DNA of 64,000 bases, taken from assembly GCA_973895155.1 (NCBI GenBank), contig OZ316898.1, positions 14,104,330-14,168,329 on the forward strand. Reading direction: 5' to 3'. Both the position numbers and the translations under genes were made by a program. Below are positions 36,521 to 48,300 of the stretch, one piece after another. This DNA comes from Marsupella aquatica (taxonomy: Eukaryota; Plantae; Marchantiophyta). The notes under the pieces were generated by a model that was given only the letters and a program-made list of their open reading frames with translations, had not been told where the DNA came from and did no database searches. Position 1 is the stretch's first letter. Each line of letters begins with the position of its first letter.

Positions 36521-39500
36521 TCAAATCCCCTTCTGTCTATGCTTGATTTTTCCAGAAGGGATTCTCCGTACAGGAATATTTGGGAGGGTCGGCCACAGCA
36601 CTTCATCCTGCAAATCTCCCTGGAACTCTTCCCCTGTAACTCCTTCTTTCTCTTTTTTCGGGTATCCATATCCAATCCACTCCTCTAATATTCTCTCATC
36701 TCCTATCTTCTGGACAGGTGTCCCTTCAGAAGCCCTGGAAGCCGGAAGAGGAGTTCCAGCGGACGCACCCTCAAGTGATTTGACACCATCAGATTCAAAG
36801 ATTCTTCGTTTCTCACCAGCTGTGTTCGGAAAATCAGTCAACAAAGCTGGATCCTTGTGAACAGTTTGTCGAGTCAGGTTGCTCCCTGATGCCTGATCTC
36901 GCCGGTCATTGTTGATGGGAAGAGAAGTCCCTGACGCTTGATCTTGTCCCACACTGCTGCTCACAACAATATTCTCCCATGCTTGGATTTGACTGCTCGT
37001 GGAAAGAGTAGTACCAAATACTTGGAATTCACTCTTGCTGGGAAGAATCGACCTGGCTGCTTGACCTTGGGAAGCCGATAGTGCTGGCCAGAGCTCGCCA
37101 TCCAGAAAATTTCCCCTGGTTTCCTCTGGTGCGGCTGCAGCTTCCTCTATTTCAGGCTGTTTGATACTATAAGGGTCTTTATATGCAACTGACTCCTCTA
37201 CTCTCCTCCCAGCTTCTATCGTCTGGATCAATTTCCTTTCAGAAGCCATGGAAGGTGAGAGAGGAGTTTCGGCTAAAGCATTTTCACCAACTGTGTTAAG
37301 GATATCAGTCAACAAAGCATGATCCGCTTGATCAGTGTTCTGAGACAGATTGCGCCCTGATGCTTGATCTTGCCCTTGAGGGTTGTGTTGACTGTCAGTG
37401 AGGACAACTTGATCTTGCCGGTCACTGTTGCTGGTATGACCAGTCTCTGACGCTTGATGTTGTCCCACGCTGTTGCTCAAAGCATTACACTCCAATGCCT
37501 TCATTTCACTGCTGGTACAAAGAATAGTACCAAATACTTTGAATTCACTTTTGTTTCGAAGAGTTATACTGTCTTCTACATGGTGAGAAGCTCGCAGGGC
37601 TGGCCAGAGCTGTTCATCCAGCAATAATCCCTTGAATTCCTCTGGCTTAACTGCAGCCTTCTCCGTATTAGACCGTTGGATGCTATATGGGTCGTCAAAT
37701 GCAATTGACTCTTCTACTCTCCTCTCAGCGTCTATCTGGACCAGTTTCCATTCAGAAGCTTTGGAAGGTGAAAGAGGAGTTCGAGCTGAAGTACGCTCAA
37801 CTGATTTCACCGTATCAGCATCAGCTTCAATCCCTCTTCGTTTCTCACCAGCTGCATCTGGAAGATCAGTCAACAAAGTTTGATCCGGTTGGTCGGCTTT
37901 TCGAGACAAATTGTTCCCTGATGCTTGATCTTGCCCATCAGGATCGCCTTGACGGTTAGTCGGTACAGCTTGATCGTTCCGGTGTCGACTGTTGGTTCGA
38001 AGAGGAGTCCCTGACCCTTGATCTGGTCCCGCACTTCTGCTCGGAAGACTACTCGCTAATGCATCGCCTCTATTGTTCCTGCGAAGAGTAGTCCTGGCTG
38101 CTTGATCTTGAGCAGTTGATAGGGCTGGCCAGAGCTCTTCATCCTGCAATCCCTTGAATTCCTCTGGTGGGACTGCAGCCTGTTCCTTCTCAAGCTGATG
38201 GATTCTATAAGGGTCTTTAAATGCAATTGACTCTTCTAGTCTCCTCTCAGCGCCTATCTTCCGGACCAGTTTCCCCTCAGAAGCTCTGGAAGGTGAAAGA
38301 GGAGTTATGGCTGAAGCACCCTCAATTGATTTCACCGCATCAGTGTCAGCTTCAAACCCTCTTCGTTTCTCACCAGCTGTGTGTGGAAGATCAGTCAACA
38401 AAACTTGATCCATGTGGTCGGCATTTCGAGACAGATTGTTCCCTGATGCTTGATCTTGCCCATCATGATCGCCTTGAATGTTAGTCGGGACAGCTTGGTC
38501 TTTCCGGTGTTGACTGTTGGTGGGAAGAGGAGTCCCTGAGGCTTGATCTTGAGCTGGCCGGAGCTCTTCATCCTGCAATCCCTTGAATTCCTCTGGTGTG
38601 ACTGCAGCCTGTTCCTTCTCAAGCTGATGGATTCTATAAGGGTCTTTATATGCAATTGACTCTTCTAGACTCCTCTCAGCGCCTATCTTCCGGACCAGTT
38701 TCCCCTCAGAAGCTGTGGAAGGTGAAAGAGGAGTTATGGCTGAAGCACCCTCAATTGATTTCACCGCATCAGCCTCAGCTTCAAACGCTATTCGTTTCTC
38801 ACCACCTATGTCTGGAAGATTAGTCAACAAAGTTTGATCCAGTTGATCACTTCTTCCAGGAAGATTGTTCCCTGATGATTGATCTGGCCCATCAGTATCG
38901 CTTTTACGGTTAGTCTGTATAGCTTGATCCTTCCGGTGTCGACTGTTAGTGGGAAGAGGAGTCCCTGACGCTTGATCTGGTCCCACACTTTTGCTCGGAA
39001 GACTACTTGCTAATGCTTGGCCTCCATTGTTCCTGCGAAGAGTAGTCCTGGCTGCATGATCTTGAGCAGTTGGTAGGGCTGGCCAGAGCTCTTCATCCAG
39101 CAATCCCTTGAATTCCTCTGGTGGGACTGCAGCCTGTTCCATCTCAAGCTGATGGATTCTATAAGGGTCTTTAAATGCAATCGACTCTTCTAGTCTCCTC
39201 TCAGCGCCTATCTTCTGGACCAGTTTCCTCTCAGAAGCCCTAGAAGGTGACAGAGGAGTTATAGCTGAAGCACCGTCCATTGATTTCACCGTATCAGCGT
39301 GAGCTTCAAACGCTCTTGGTTTCTCACCGGCTATATCTGGAAGATCAGTCAACAAAGCTTGATCCAGCTGATCACTTCTTTCAGGAAGATTGCTCTCTGA
39401 TACTTGATCTTCCCCATCAGGGTTGATTTGACAGTTAGTCGGTAAAGGATGATCGTCCGGGTCACTGTTGGTGGGAAGACGAGTCCCTGACTCTTGATCT

Positions 39501-41083
39501 GGTCCTGCAGTTTTGCTCGGAAGACTACTTGCGGATGCTTGGCGTTCATTATTGCTGAGAACTGTAGTCCTGGCTGGTTGACCTTTAGGAATTGGAAGGG
39601 CGGGCCACAGCTCTTCATTCAGAAAATCCCCCGTGAATTCTTCTGGTGTGACTACACCCTCTTTTTCAGGCTGTTGGATTCTATATGGGTCTCTATACGC
39701 AATTATCGACACTACTCCTCTCGTCTGAGCTCTGATCCTCTCTAAGTACTGGTCGACGGTTTCTTCGTGTTCCTGAGAATCTACAGTGGGATGGCTACTG
39801 GCCTCTTGTACTTCATTGCTCAGATGCTGAACAACGTTCCCGTTGTGACCTTCTGATTCACCACCGGGCAAAGAGTGAGCAATTTCAGATGAAACATCAT
39901 GTAAATCGCGGCTTTGAATACCTGTCCCTGGAGGGGAAGTTGGAATATCATGCTGAAGAGAGCACAAGATGTATTCTGCGGACTTTTTCATACCTAGGTC
40001 TACTACCCTCTCTAACATGACCTGATTCGCTGAGGTTGCAGAGATATTGTCAGATGTCTGACCGTTTCTGGAGCTGCTCAAAGCTGATGGACAGGTCCGG
40101 AAAAGTTGCGAATCAAAAGCACTGGAAGGTTGCAGAGGAGTTCTAGCAGAAGCACCAACAATTGATTTGACAGTATCAGCCTCAGCTTCAAACTCTCCTT
40201 GTTTATCATCAACTGTGTCTGAAAGATTACTCGAAAATGCATGATCCGGTTGATCACATCTTCGAGGAAGATTGCTCCCTGGTGCTTCATCTTGTGGACC
40301 AAAGTTGCTCAAAAGATTACTCACTAGTCCTTGCCCTTCATGTGTCCCTGATGCTTGCTCCTCCCTCTTATTGCTGACTGGAAGATTACTACATGATGCT
40401 TGATCTTTCCCGTTACTATTGCCAGGAGAAATACTGTCCCTCGAACTGCTTCCACCTTGATCGATAGATAGTGAGGGTGCAGAATCTACTCTTACTTCAA
40501 AAGTTCTACTGTGGAGTGAACGTGTTAAAGTTGACGTGGATGTGGAAGTTGTATTAAGTCCCGTATCTTCTCCTCCAACGGGACTTTGAATCGCTACAAA
40601 AGGAAGCACGTCTCCAAAGTGAATAGCACGAGACGACGCATACGTCTGAACAGTGTAGATGACTTTGTCAATCAGATACAATTGTCTTGAAGTATCCCGT
40701 GGTTCAGGATGCACAGCCTCTGTCTGCCACATGGTCGTTCCATCGCTACCAGCAACGGCAAAAGATCGCAAGGGATGAAACACACCAGTTCCTCGTCTTG
40801 CAGCTCGTATACATACTGCAAAATCAAGATACAATCTCAGATAACCAGGATGGTACCGAATTTGTCCAATGTCTGCATCTGCTTCCGCAGGCTCTTGTTC
40901 GGCTGTCCCGAGTCCCCCTTCGTTCGCAGGTCTTGAATAAAATGCCTCAGGAAAATGAAGGAGACGCTCAGGCCGAGTCACACCAGGAGATATGTGGGAT
41001 TCCAGAGAAGAATCCCAATGAAATGAACCGACCTCTGATTCATCTTGTATGAAGTAAAGGTTGTATCTGAACCCCGGATCCAT
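36521..41083 (-). CDS. 1520-aa orphan protein with ~7 long internal repeats (about 150-200 aa each)
   Basis: Uninterrupted 4.56-kb ORF. Repeated TPLSPS..SE.KL..IGAERRLEESIA(F/Y)KDPYRIHQLEKEQAAV.PEEFKGL.DEELWPAL modules; globular-looking N-terminus shared with a paralog at 13.4-13.9 kb. Confidence 0.75.
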   Translation of the reverse strand: MDPGFRYNLYFIQDESEVGSFHWDSSLESHISPGVTRPERLLHFPEAFYSRPANEGGLGTAEQEPAEADADIGQIRYHPGYLRLYLDFAVCIRAARRGTGVFHPLRSFAVAGSDGTTMWQTEAVHPEPRDTSRQLYLIDKVIYTVQTYASSRAIHFGDVLPFVAIQSPVGGEDTGLNTTSTSTSTLTRSLHSRTFEVRVDSAPSLSIDQGGSSSRDSISPGNSNGKDQASCSNLPVSNKREEQASGTHEGQGLVSNLLSNFGPQDEAPGSNLPRRCDQPDHAFSSNLSDTVDDKQGEFEAEADTVKSIVGASARTPLQPSSAFDSQLFRTCPSALSSSRNGQTSDNISATSANQVMLERVVDLGMKKSAEYILCSLQHDIPTSPPGTGIQSRDLHDVSSEIAHSLPGGESEGHNGNVVQHLSNEVQEASSHPTVDSQEHEETVDQYLERIRAQTRGVVSIIAYRDPYRIQQPEKEGVVTPEEFTGDFLNEELWPALPIPKGQPARTTVLSNNERQASASSLPSKTAGPDQESGTRLPTNSDPDDHPLPTNCQINPDGEDQVSESNLPERSDQLDQALLTDLPDIAGEKPRAFEAHADTVKSMDGASAITPLSPSRASERKLVQKIGAERRLEESIAFKDPYRIHQLEMEQAAVPPEEFKGLLDEELWPALPTAQDHAARTTLRRNNGGQALASSLPSKSVGPDQASGTPLPTNSRHRKDQAIQTNRKSDTDGPDQSSGNNLPGRSDQLDQTLLTNLPDIGGEKRIAFEAEADAVKSIEGASAITPLSPSTASEGKLVRKIGAERSLEESIAYKDPYRIHQLEKEQAAVTPEEFKGLQDEELRPAQDQASGTPLPTNSQHRKDQAVPTNIQGDHDGQDQASGNNLSRNADHMDQVLLTDLPHTAGEKRRGFEADTDAVKSIEGASAITPLSPSRASEGKLVRKIGAERRLEESIAFKDPYRIHQLEKEQAAVPPEEFKGLQDEELWPALSTAQDQAARTTLRRNNRGDALASSLPSRSAGPDQGSGTPLRTNSRHRNDQAVPTNRQGDPDGQDQASGNNLSRKADQPDQTLLTDLPDAAGEKRRGIEADADTVKSVERTSARTPLSPSKASEWKLVQIDAERRVEESIAFDDPYSIQRSNTEKAAVKPEEFKGLLLDEQLWPALRASHHVEDSITLRNKSEFKVFGTILCTSSEMKALECNALSNSVGQHQASETGHTSNSDRQDQVVLTDSQHNPQGQDQASGRNLSQNTDQADHALLTDILNTVGENALAETPLSPSMASERKLIQTIEAGRRVEESVAYKDPYSIKQPEIEEAAAAPEETRGNFLDGELWPALSASQGQAARSILPSKSEFQVFGTTLSTSSQIQAWENIVVSSSVGQDQASGTSLPINNDRRDQASGSNLTRQTVHKDPALLTDFPNTAGEKRRIFESDGVKSLEGASAGTPLPASRASEGTPVQKIGDERILEEWIGYGYPKKEKEGVTGEEFQGDLQDEVLWPTLPNIPVRRIPSGKIKHRQKGI

Positions 41084-41466
41084 GAAGCTCGTTGAAGTAT
41101 AGTGTCGACGCTGGCGTTGTGCTCTTCAGGAGTTAATCTTGGTGAACTACATAATTCCCGAATGGCTGGTAGTTCCACCTATGTCTGGAAGATCAGTACA
41201 CAGCTGCGCGCCATACATACCTGCGTTTTGACAGATGTCACAAAAATCCATCCAGGCCGAGCTGTACGTTTGATAAATTATAGCGGAATATCAATCGAGC
41301 GAATGCGCACATCAAATCGTTTCGCAAAAACACGGAAGAAGACTCAGGTGCTGTGGATCGATCAAAACGAAAAATGAGATGGTGAAACGAACCAGAATGG
41401 AAACTGATAGAGGCCCGGGAGCAAGTACCGTTGACCACATCGAATCGTTTCGCAAACGCCGAAGAC

Positions 41467-42024
41467 TAATCAGATGCCGTCGACTGATCGAACCGAAGAA
41501 TTGTACGTGCAAACGAACCAGAATGGAGACTCCCCAGGAGCAAGAACCAGACGCTACCGATTGCGAGGAACCAAGGAATAGGCTTCCGCTAATCACGTGC
41601 TGTGGATTGATCGAACCGAAGAATTGTACGTGCAAACGAACCAGAATGGAGACTCCCCAGGAGCAAGAACCAGACGCTGCCGATTGCGAGGAACCAAGGA
41701 ATAGGCTTCCGCTAATCACGTGCTGTGGATTGATCGAACCGAAGAATCGTACGTGCAAACGAACCAGAATGGAGACTCCCCAGGAGCAAGAACCAGACGC
41801 TGCCGATTGCGAGGAACCAAGGAATAGGCTTCCGCTAATCAGGTGCTGTGTATTGATCGAACCGAAGAATTGTAAGTGGAAATGAACCAGAATGGATACT
41901 GCCCCAAAAGCGAGAAACAGAAGCTGCAGATTGCGAGGAACCAAGGAATAGGCTTCCGCTAATCAGGTGCTGTGGATTGATCGAACTGGAGAATTGTAAG
42001 TGGAAATGAACCAGAATGGAGACT
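41467..42024. repeat. 120-bp tandem repeat, ~4.6 units, upstream of the 1520-aa gene
   Basis: Unit CTAATCACGTGCTGTGGATTGATCGAACCGAAGAATTGTACGTGCAAACGAACCAGAATGGAGACT...GAGGAACCAAGGAATAGGCTTCCG recurs about every 120 bp; a degenerate unit lies at ~41340. Confidence 0.92.
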
Positions 42025-42540
42025 TAAATAAGCCCGCTAGAGCGCTTTGTTCAGGGTCGCAAGTACGAATCTGTCTTTCCACTGCGGCCTTTGTTCTGGG
42101 TGGCAAGTACGAATCTGTCATTCCAAACCCATGGAGTGCGTCGTTGACTATCCACAGATTGATGGGCCCCACTAATCAATCGCTCCTGGCTTCAGTAGTA
42201 CTTTAACTGAACACGTACACGGACGTACACGGCGATGGCAGATTGAATGATTGATAGGTCCAACCAATTAATGTCTCCGTGGTTAACAAGCACCCCCTAG
42301 TGCTTGGAGATCGCACTGCACACAAACTGAAATGGTCACCTTTTTATGCCCGAGTTGTGCAATTTTGGGGGTATTTAAATGGTAGGATGGAACATGTTCA
42401 TTGAAGGGGTGCACTTGGCTAGTTTTCAAGAATTACAGGTGACTGGTTTTAAAGTGTTTTTTCCAAGTCTTTGCCTATTAGAGATATTTGTTAAGTGCCA
42501 AATATCGGGGCTACCCGCCTACGGTTGAAGTTAACTACGA

Positions 42541-42834
42541 TTTTGGGGTTACATTTCCACAAAAATGGCACATCACGTATGACGAAGTATAGGGTCATTT
42601 TATTGGTTCAAAGTGAAAACTAAAGAATTTTCCGAGAAAAACAATAAGGTCTTTTAAATCAAATTTTGATACTTATAAGACCATTAGGGTCCTTATAACC
42701 AAATTTTGGGAATCTTCCAAGAATATTCCAAATTTATAGGGGTTGAAAAAAATTTAAATCTTACATTTGAGGGTGTTCGAGGCCTAAAAATGTTGCAGGT
42801 GATGGGGAGGCATCCATATAGTGAGACCCCCAAG
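42541..42834. mobile_element. MITE family B
   Basis: TSD AACTACGA/AACTACAA; ends AGTGAGACCCCCAAG. Confidence 0.85.
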
Positions 42835-43550
42835 AACTACAAATGAGCAGGTCCAACCGTAACTTTGGTTAAAGGTTTTCGTTACAATGCAAACCAAAAC
42901 AGGACGATAAATTTTTCTTAAAGAAAAATGCTGGAAAAAAATTTCCCGTCCTGAATTCATTTTTGAGAAGTTGGGCAGTCGAAAATGCAAAATGCACGCT
43001 GGACAAATGCTGAACATACTATCTCACTTGCACTCGACCACTGGGGATGGAGTCAGTGGCAAACATGGCAGAGAAGCAGCTCCGATCACAATCAATACCA
43101 CTTGGTGAAGCAAGAATGCAGGTCGCGGAGAAGGGATTTAGTTTCACGCAGTAGGGAAGAAGGATTTAGTTTCTGCTTCGCTTGTGCAATTCAACCTCCA
43201 TGGTCCACAAGCCCAGCAGTACGTAGGGGCGGACACCCCTGAACTAGTTCTTCACGAGATTGATAGTCAGCATATATTGGGAGAAGATCAGGCATTAGAG
43301 AAAGGGTGTGCATTGCGGAAGGAAGACGATTCAAACAGTACAACTCTTTTCACTATATATTTTATTCTCATAATTGTAGTCACGTTGTGCTCTATGCCTA
43401 TTTCAACTATTTGATTCTCTAAGGTCACACTATGCTTTGCACATTTCTATCAAGAAGTACTTCTAGGATTCTGATTGTTAATTTATGCCCCTATAGAGAT
43501 TGCTATGTAGTGACAAAGATCTTTTAGTCTGATTCTTGCTTGGCTACTGT

Positions 43551-43859
43551 CCCGGGGTCCTCACTTCTTTTCTTTCAACCCATCACGCGCGAATAAGTAT
43601 AGGGTTTTTTTATTGGGTTAAGTGAAATACTTTTAAATTTTTGTTGAAGAACAAATTAGGGTTATTTTAATCCAATTTTGAGAATCATAAGAATCATAGG
43701 GTTTCTTAAAATCAAATATGGGAATATTCTTGGAATATTCCATTAAGTTATGGGTAAAAAAATTCCTAAAAAAAACTTTATTGACTTAACTTTTAGGGTG
43801 TTTATTCCCCCAAAACTTTGAGCGTGATATGAGACACCCCTTGGATTGAGGCCCCTTAG
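43551..43859. mobile_element. MITE family B (same subtype as 4852-5156)
   Basis: Perfect TSD GCTACTGT; high similarity to 4852-5156. Confidence 0.9.
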
Positions 43860-44016
43860 GCTACTGTATTGCCTGATTCTTGTTTGGCTAGTACTGTATA
43901 TGTTTAGTGGATCTTGGAATGAGAAACTGATTGAAGAACTTTGAGAAGCAATCAATATATCAAAGCTTGAGATTCTTCACCTGCCAGGCTTCTCTCTTAT
44001 AGCCCAACCAGAATCA

Positions 44017-44319
44017 CTTAGGGGTTTCACTTCCATAAAAATGGTATATCAAGTGCGACAAAGGATAGCCAGGGTGGTTTTATTGGTTTTAAGGGCCGGA
44101 AGACTTAAGAATTTTGCAGAAGAACAATAGGGTCTTTTGAATTCAATTTTAAGACTTATAAGAACATTAGAGTCTTTTTAATCCAAGTTTTGAAATATTC
44201 CAAGAATATTCCAACTTTATAAGGGTTAACCAATAATATTTTTTCTTGCATTTTAGGGGGTCCAAGGCCTAAAAACATTGCAGGTGATAGCGAGGTCCCC
44301 ATATAGTGAGACCCCCAAG
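44017..44319. mobile_element. MITE family B
   Basis: Perfect TSD CAGAATCA; CTTAGGGGTTTCACT...AGTGAGACCCCCAAG. Confidence 0.9.
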
Positions 44320-45359
44320 CAGAATCATTGAGGGCAGGAGCTATGTCTGTAATTTATGAGGGCCCTGAGCACGTCGTGTTGAGCTCTGACAATAGCAGCA
44401 ACAGTACGTGTACAATCAAAGCAATCTAGCTTGATGGATTCCAATTTAATATGACTCTAATAGTTCTGACTAGTAGTGCTAGCAGTGAGGAGGTGCAGCG
44501 CAAAGGCCACAAGAAGCAACAACACAAGAATCATGACAATCACAAGTGGAAGACAAAAAGGAAGTTAAGTGGAGACAAGTGGTAAGTTGATAACCATCAC
44601 ATGGCCAAGGACTCTAGTGGAGGCGTATTGGGACCATTTTCAGAAATTCAGCCAGGACAGGAAGCAAAAAACTAAGCAACTTGTTCCAAACAGAGTTCCA
44701 AAGAAAGTATGGGGCAACATTTATGTGGATTAAAGGAAGGAGTTTCCTAGTTCACCATTTGAAGAGGAGACCTTGAAGGAGCACTTGAGAGACAGCATCA
44801 ACTAAGGACATGAAGTCTAGGGTGAATAACCCTAAGGGACGCATAAGATCTGTGGGGAGAAATCAGATCAGGAAAAATACTCCAAACATAAATGTGCTCA
44901 ATAGTTACATGGTTTGCCTCAAGGTTGGCTACGTCCACGAGAAGACCAAGATTTATTAACGGTTATGTGTCTACTCAAGCATCACCATGTAGCTCTCATC
45001 TCTTGCTATATCACTGTGTACTCTCTTGAGATTCTCTCTTGAGAACTCTCTTGTGTGATCTCACACCACATAGAAGTTGAAAAGATAAGGACCAATCTCT
45101 TCAACTAGGGTTTACTCTAACCCTAGTTGACATACTAACCATAATTCAACCCAAGACTGAGTTAACCTCTACAAACTCCCCCTTGACTAACGTCTTGGGA
45201 GGGTTCATAACATTGTCTTTTCCTTACAAGTTCCTCCGCGGGAAGTTCAAGACACTAGGGCCAAAAGACCCTCCCCCTAATGCAAGGGTTAACTAGAACT
45301 AAGCCGTAGCCGATAAGCCATCGGATGGAGTACTCATATAGAGACATTTTCTTGGTTAA

Positions 45360-48300
45360 CTCTATATTTACAATATTTGTAAATAATTACAATGCCTTGA
45401 AAAACTATTTGAGTCTAATACTTTGGTAGAGGCATCCGTTGGATTAGGCTTTAGAACCATCAATATTGACAAGCTCAAATTCATCATCCGATAATGCCTG
45501 TCAGATAAAATGATAGTGGACATCAATGTGCTTTACCCTGACATCCATCACCTGATTCTTGGCAGTGTAAATTGCACTTTGATTGTCACAATGAAGATAC
45601 ACACAATCTTGTGATAAGCCCATCTCCATGACAAGCTTTTTCAACCAAATGGTCTCTGATGTTGCTTCTGCTGCCGCTACATACTCAGCATCCATAGTAG
45701 ACTTTGCAACACACTTTTGGAGAGTAGACTTCCAACTAATGCATCCACCAGCAAGTATCAATACATATCCAGTTGTCGATCTCCTCTTATCCAGATCACC
45801 TACGTAGTTTGTATCCACATAACCTTGAAGCACTTTCATATTGTTTGAACTTGCATCAAACAATAAACCCTTCTTAGTGGAACCTCTGATGTAGCGCAAA
45901 ATCCATTTCACTGCTTCCCAATGAACTTTTCCTAGATTTGCCATGTATCTGCTTACCTTGCTAACGGCATAAGCTATGTCTGGTCGGGTGCATACCATGA
46001 GATACATTAAACTACCCATAGCACTTTCATAAGGAACTTTGGACATCAAACTTTTTTGTGTTGCATCCGATGGACAAAATGTTATAGAAATATTAAAATA
46101 TCTTGCCAAAGGAACACTCACAGCCTTAGCATCTGCCATGTTGAATTTTGAGAGCACCTTCTCTGCATATCTTGTTTGCGTCAGCCAAAGTTTGGCTTTG
46201 TTCACATCCTTGACAATCTCCATGCCTAGGATCCTCTTGGCTGTGCCCAAGTTCTTCATCTTAAACTCAGAAATGAGTTGGGCCTTAAGCTTATCAACTT
46301 CGTCCCTATCCTTTGCTGCAATGAGCATGTCATCCACATAGAGTACAAGGATGACAAACTTAAAACCTTTGTTGTTCACACGTCTAATGTAAACACATGG
46401 ATCGTACACGCTTTGCACAAATCCAAGCGATTTCAAAAATTCATCAAAACGCTTGTTCCACTACCTTGGGCTCTGCTTTAATCCATACAGGGAATTTAGC
46501 AATTTGCATACCAAACCCTGGGCCCTCACTCCGTGTAAAAGAAGTGGACCCCCTACGATCGGATACTTTTCCTATTTACCCCTTGTTATTTTTATTTTAC
46601 TATTAAAAGTTCCCTTATTACCGGTAATAATTATAATTATTAGTTCAAAATGAATAAAAATTATCCTTCGAGCGTTTGCACGTCCTCCACGTATTAGTTA
46701 AGACTGAGGGCCCAGGGATACCAAATTTTCCCTTGCCCTTTTGCACAAAACCCTCTAGTTGCCTCATGTAAATCACCTCATCCAACGATCCATATAAGAA
46801 TGTCGTGACAACATCCATTTGATCTAAAACCAGATCAAATAAAACTACAAGAGCACATAGCAAACTTATTGTTGAATACTTTGCTATGGGTGAAAAAACC
46901 TCATTGTAGTCTATACCTTTTTTTTACTAAAACCTTTGGCTACCAACCAAGCCTTAAATATCTTCTCAGCACCCTCTGTGGGTCCATCTTTCTTCCTATA
47001 CACCCACTTGCTGTCAACAGCCTGCTTGTCACTAGGTAGACTTGTGAGTTCCCAAGTCTTGTTATCATGAAGTGATTTCATTTCCATGCGCATCGTTGCC
47101 TGCCCCTGTTGCTTCTCCATAGAAGCTAGGACCTCTCAAAATGAGGATGGATCTCCATCTTCTATCACCAATGCATCAATAGATTCTTCATCCAAATCCA
47201 CTTGATCAGAAGGAAGCCAAGTTCCATACCTTTTCCGGGCTTGACATTTGTGAGTTCCTCTTTGCACTGAAGACTCTGGCTTATCTGATTGTAGTGTGCT
47301 TTGCCTTACAGTGGTGTCAACATATTCTTCATCTGACACATCCTTTCCCCTTAAATCCTCTAGAGGAGGAGATTGCTCTTTGTTAGTAGTAGGGAATTGA
47401 TCTATCTCCCCCTCCTTCAATGATTTTTCTTCATTGAATGATACATCCCGACTAACAAGTAATTTGCAATCAACTGGATCCCACAACCGATAACCTTTAA
47501 CTTCACGCTGATAACCAAGAAAAATGCATTTTGGGGCTCTAGGATCTAGCTTAGTCCTATTGTTGCTAGGAACATGTGCATATGCTTCACAGCCAACAAC
47601 CCTAAGCTTTGAATAATTAGCAGGTCGATTGTGCCATAACTCAAAGGGGGTTTTGTAAGTAATTGCCCGACTAGGAGAGAGATTTACTAGATAAGCAGTA
47701 ATATTGATAGCTTTCGCCCAAAAGATTTGTGGCAATTTAGAGTGGCTCAACATGCTCCTTGCTCGCTCCAACAATGTGCGGTTGAGTCGCTCAGCAACAC
47801 CATTTTTCTCAAGAGTGTACACAGTTGTGAGATGGTGAGTAATTCCCTTATTTGCACAAAATGTGTTGAACTTGCCAGAGGTGTATTCACCACCATTATC
47901 TGATCCTAGATATCTCACATTCTTTGCAGTCTGTGTCTCAACTTGAGCTACCCATTGTTTGAAGATGGAAAGCACTTCAAACTTATGGGCAATGAAGTAA
48001 ATCCAAACAAACCTTGAGTAATCATTGATAAACGATACATAGTATTGTTTGCCTGTATGTGAGGAAACCAGAGCAGGACCCCACACATCGGAATGAATAT
48101 ACTCAAGTACAATTTTAGAATGATGAATGGCAGTTGGAAATTGAATTCTTGTTTTCTTGCCAACAATGAAATGATTACAAAAACTCAACTTACTTGCTTG
48201 CAATCCTGGTAGGAGATGTCGCTTGTGTAAGATTTCCAAACTTTTTTCACTCATGTGACCAAGCCGAGCATGCCATAAATTGATTTTCTCCTCCTAAGAT

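Noticed and set aside
41467-42024. CRISPR-like periodic array, and ORFs 41312-41944 and 41379-41885
   Set aside because: Whole 120-bp units repeat with no unique spacers and no cas genes; eukaryotic context; the ORFs are by-products of a unit length divisible by 3.
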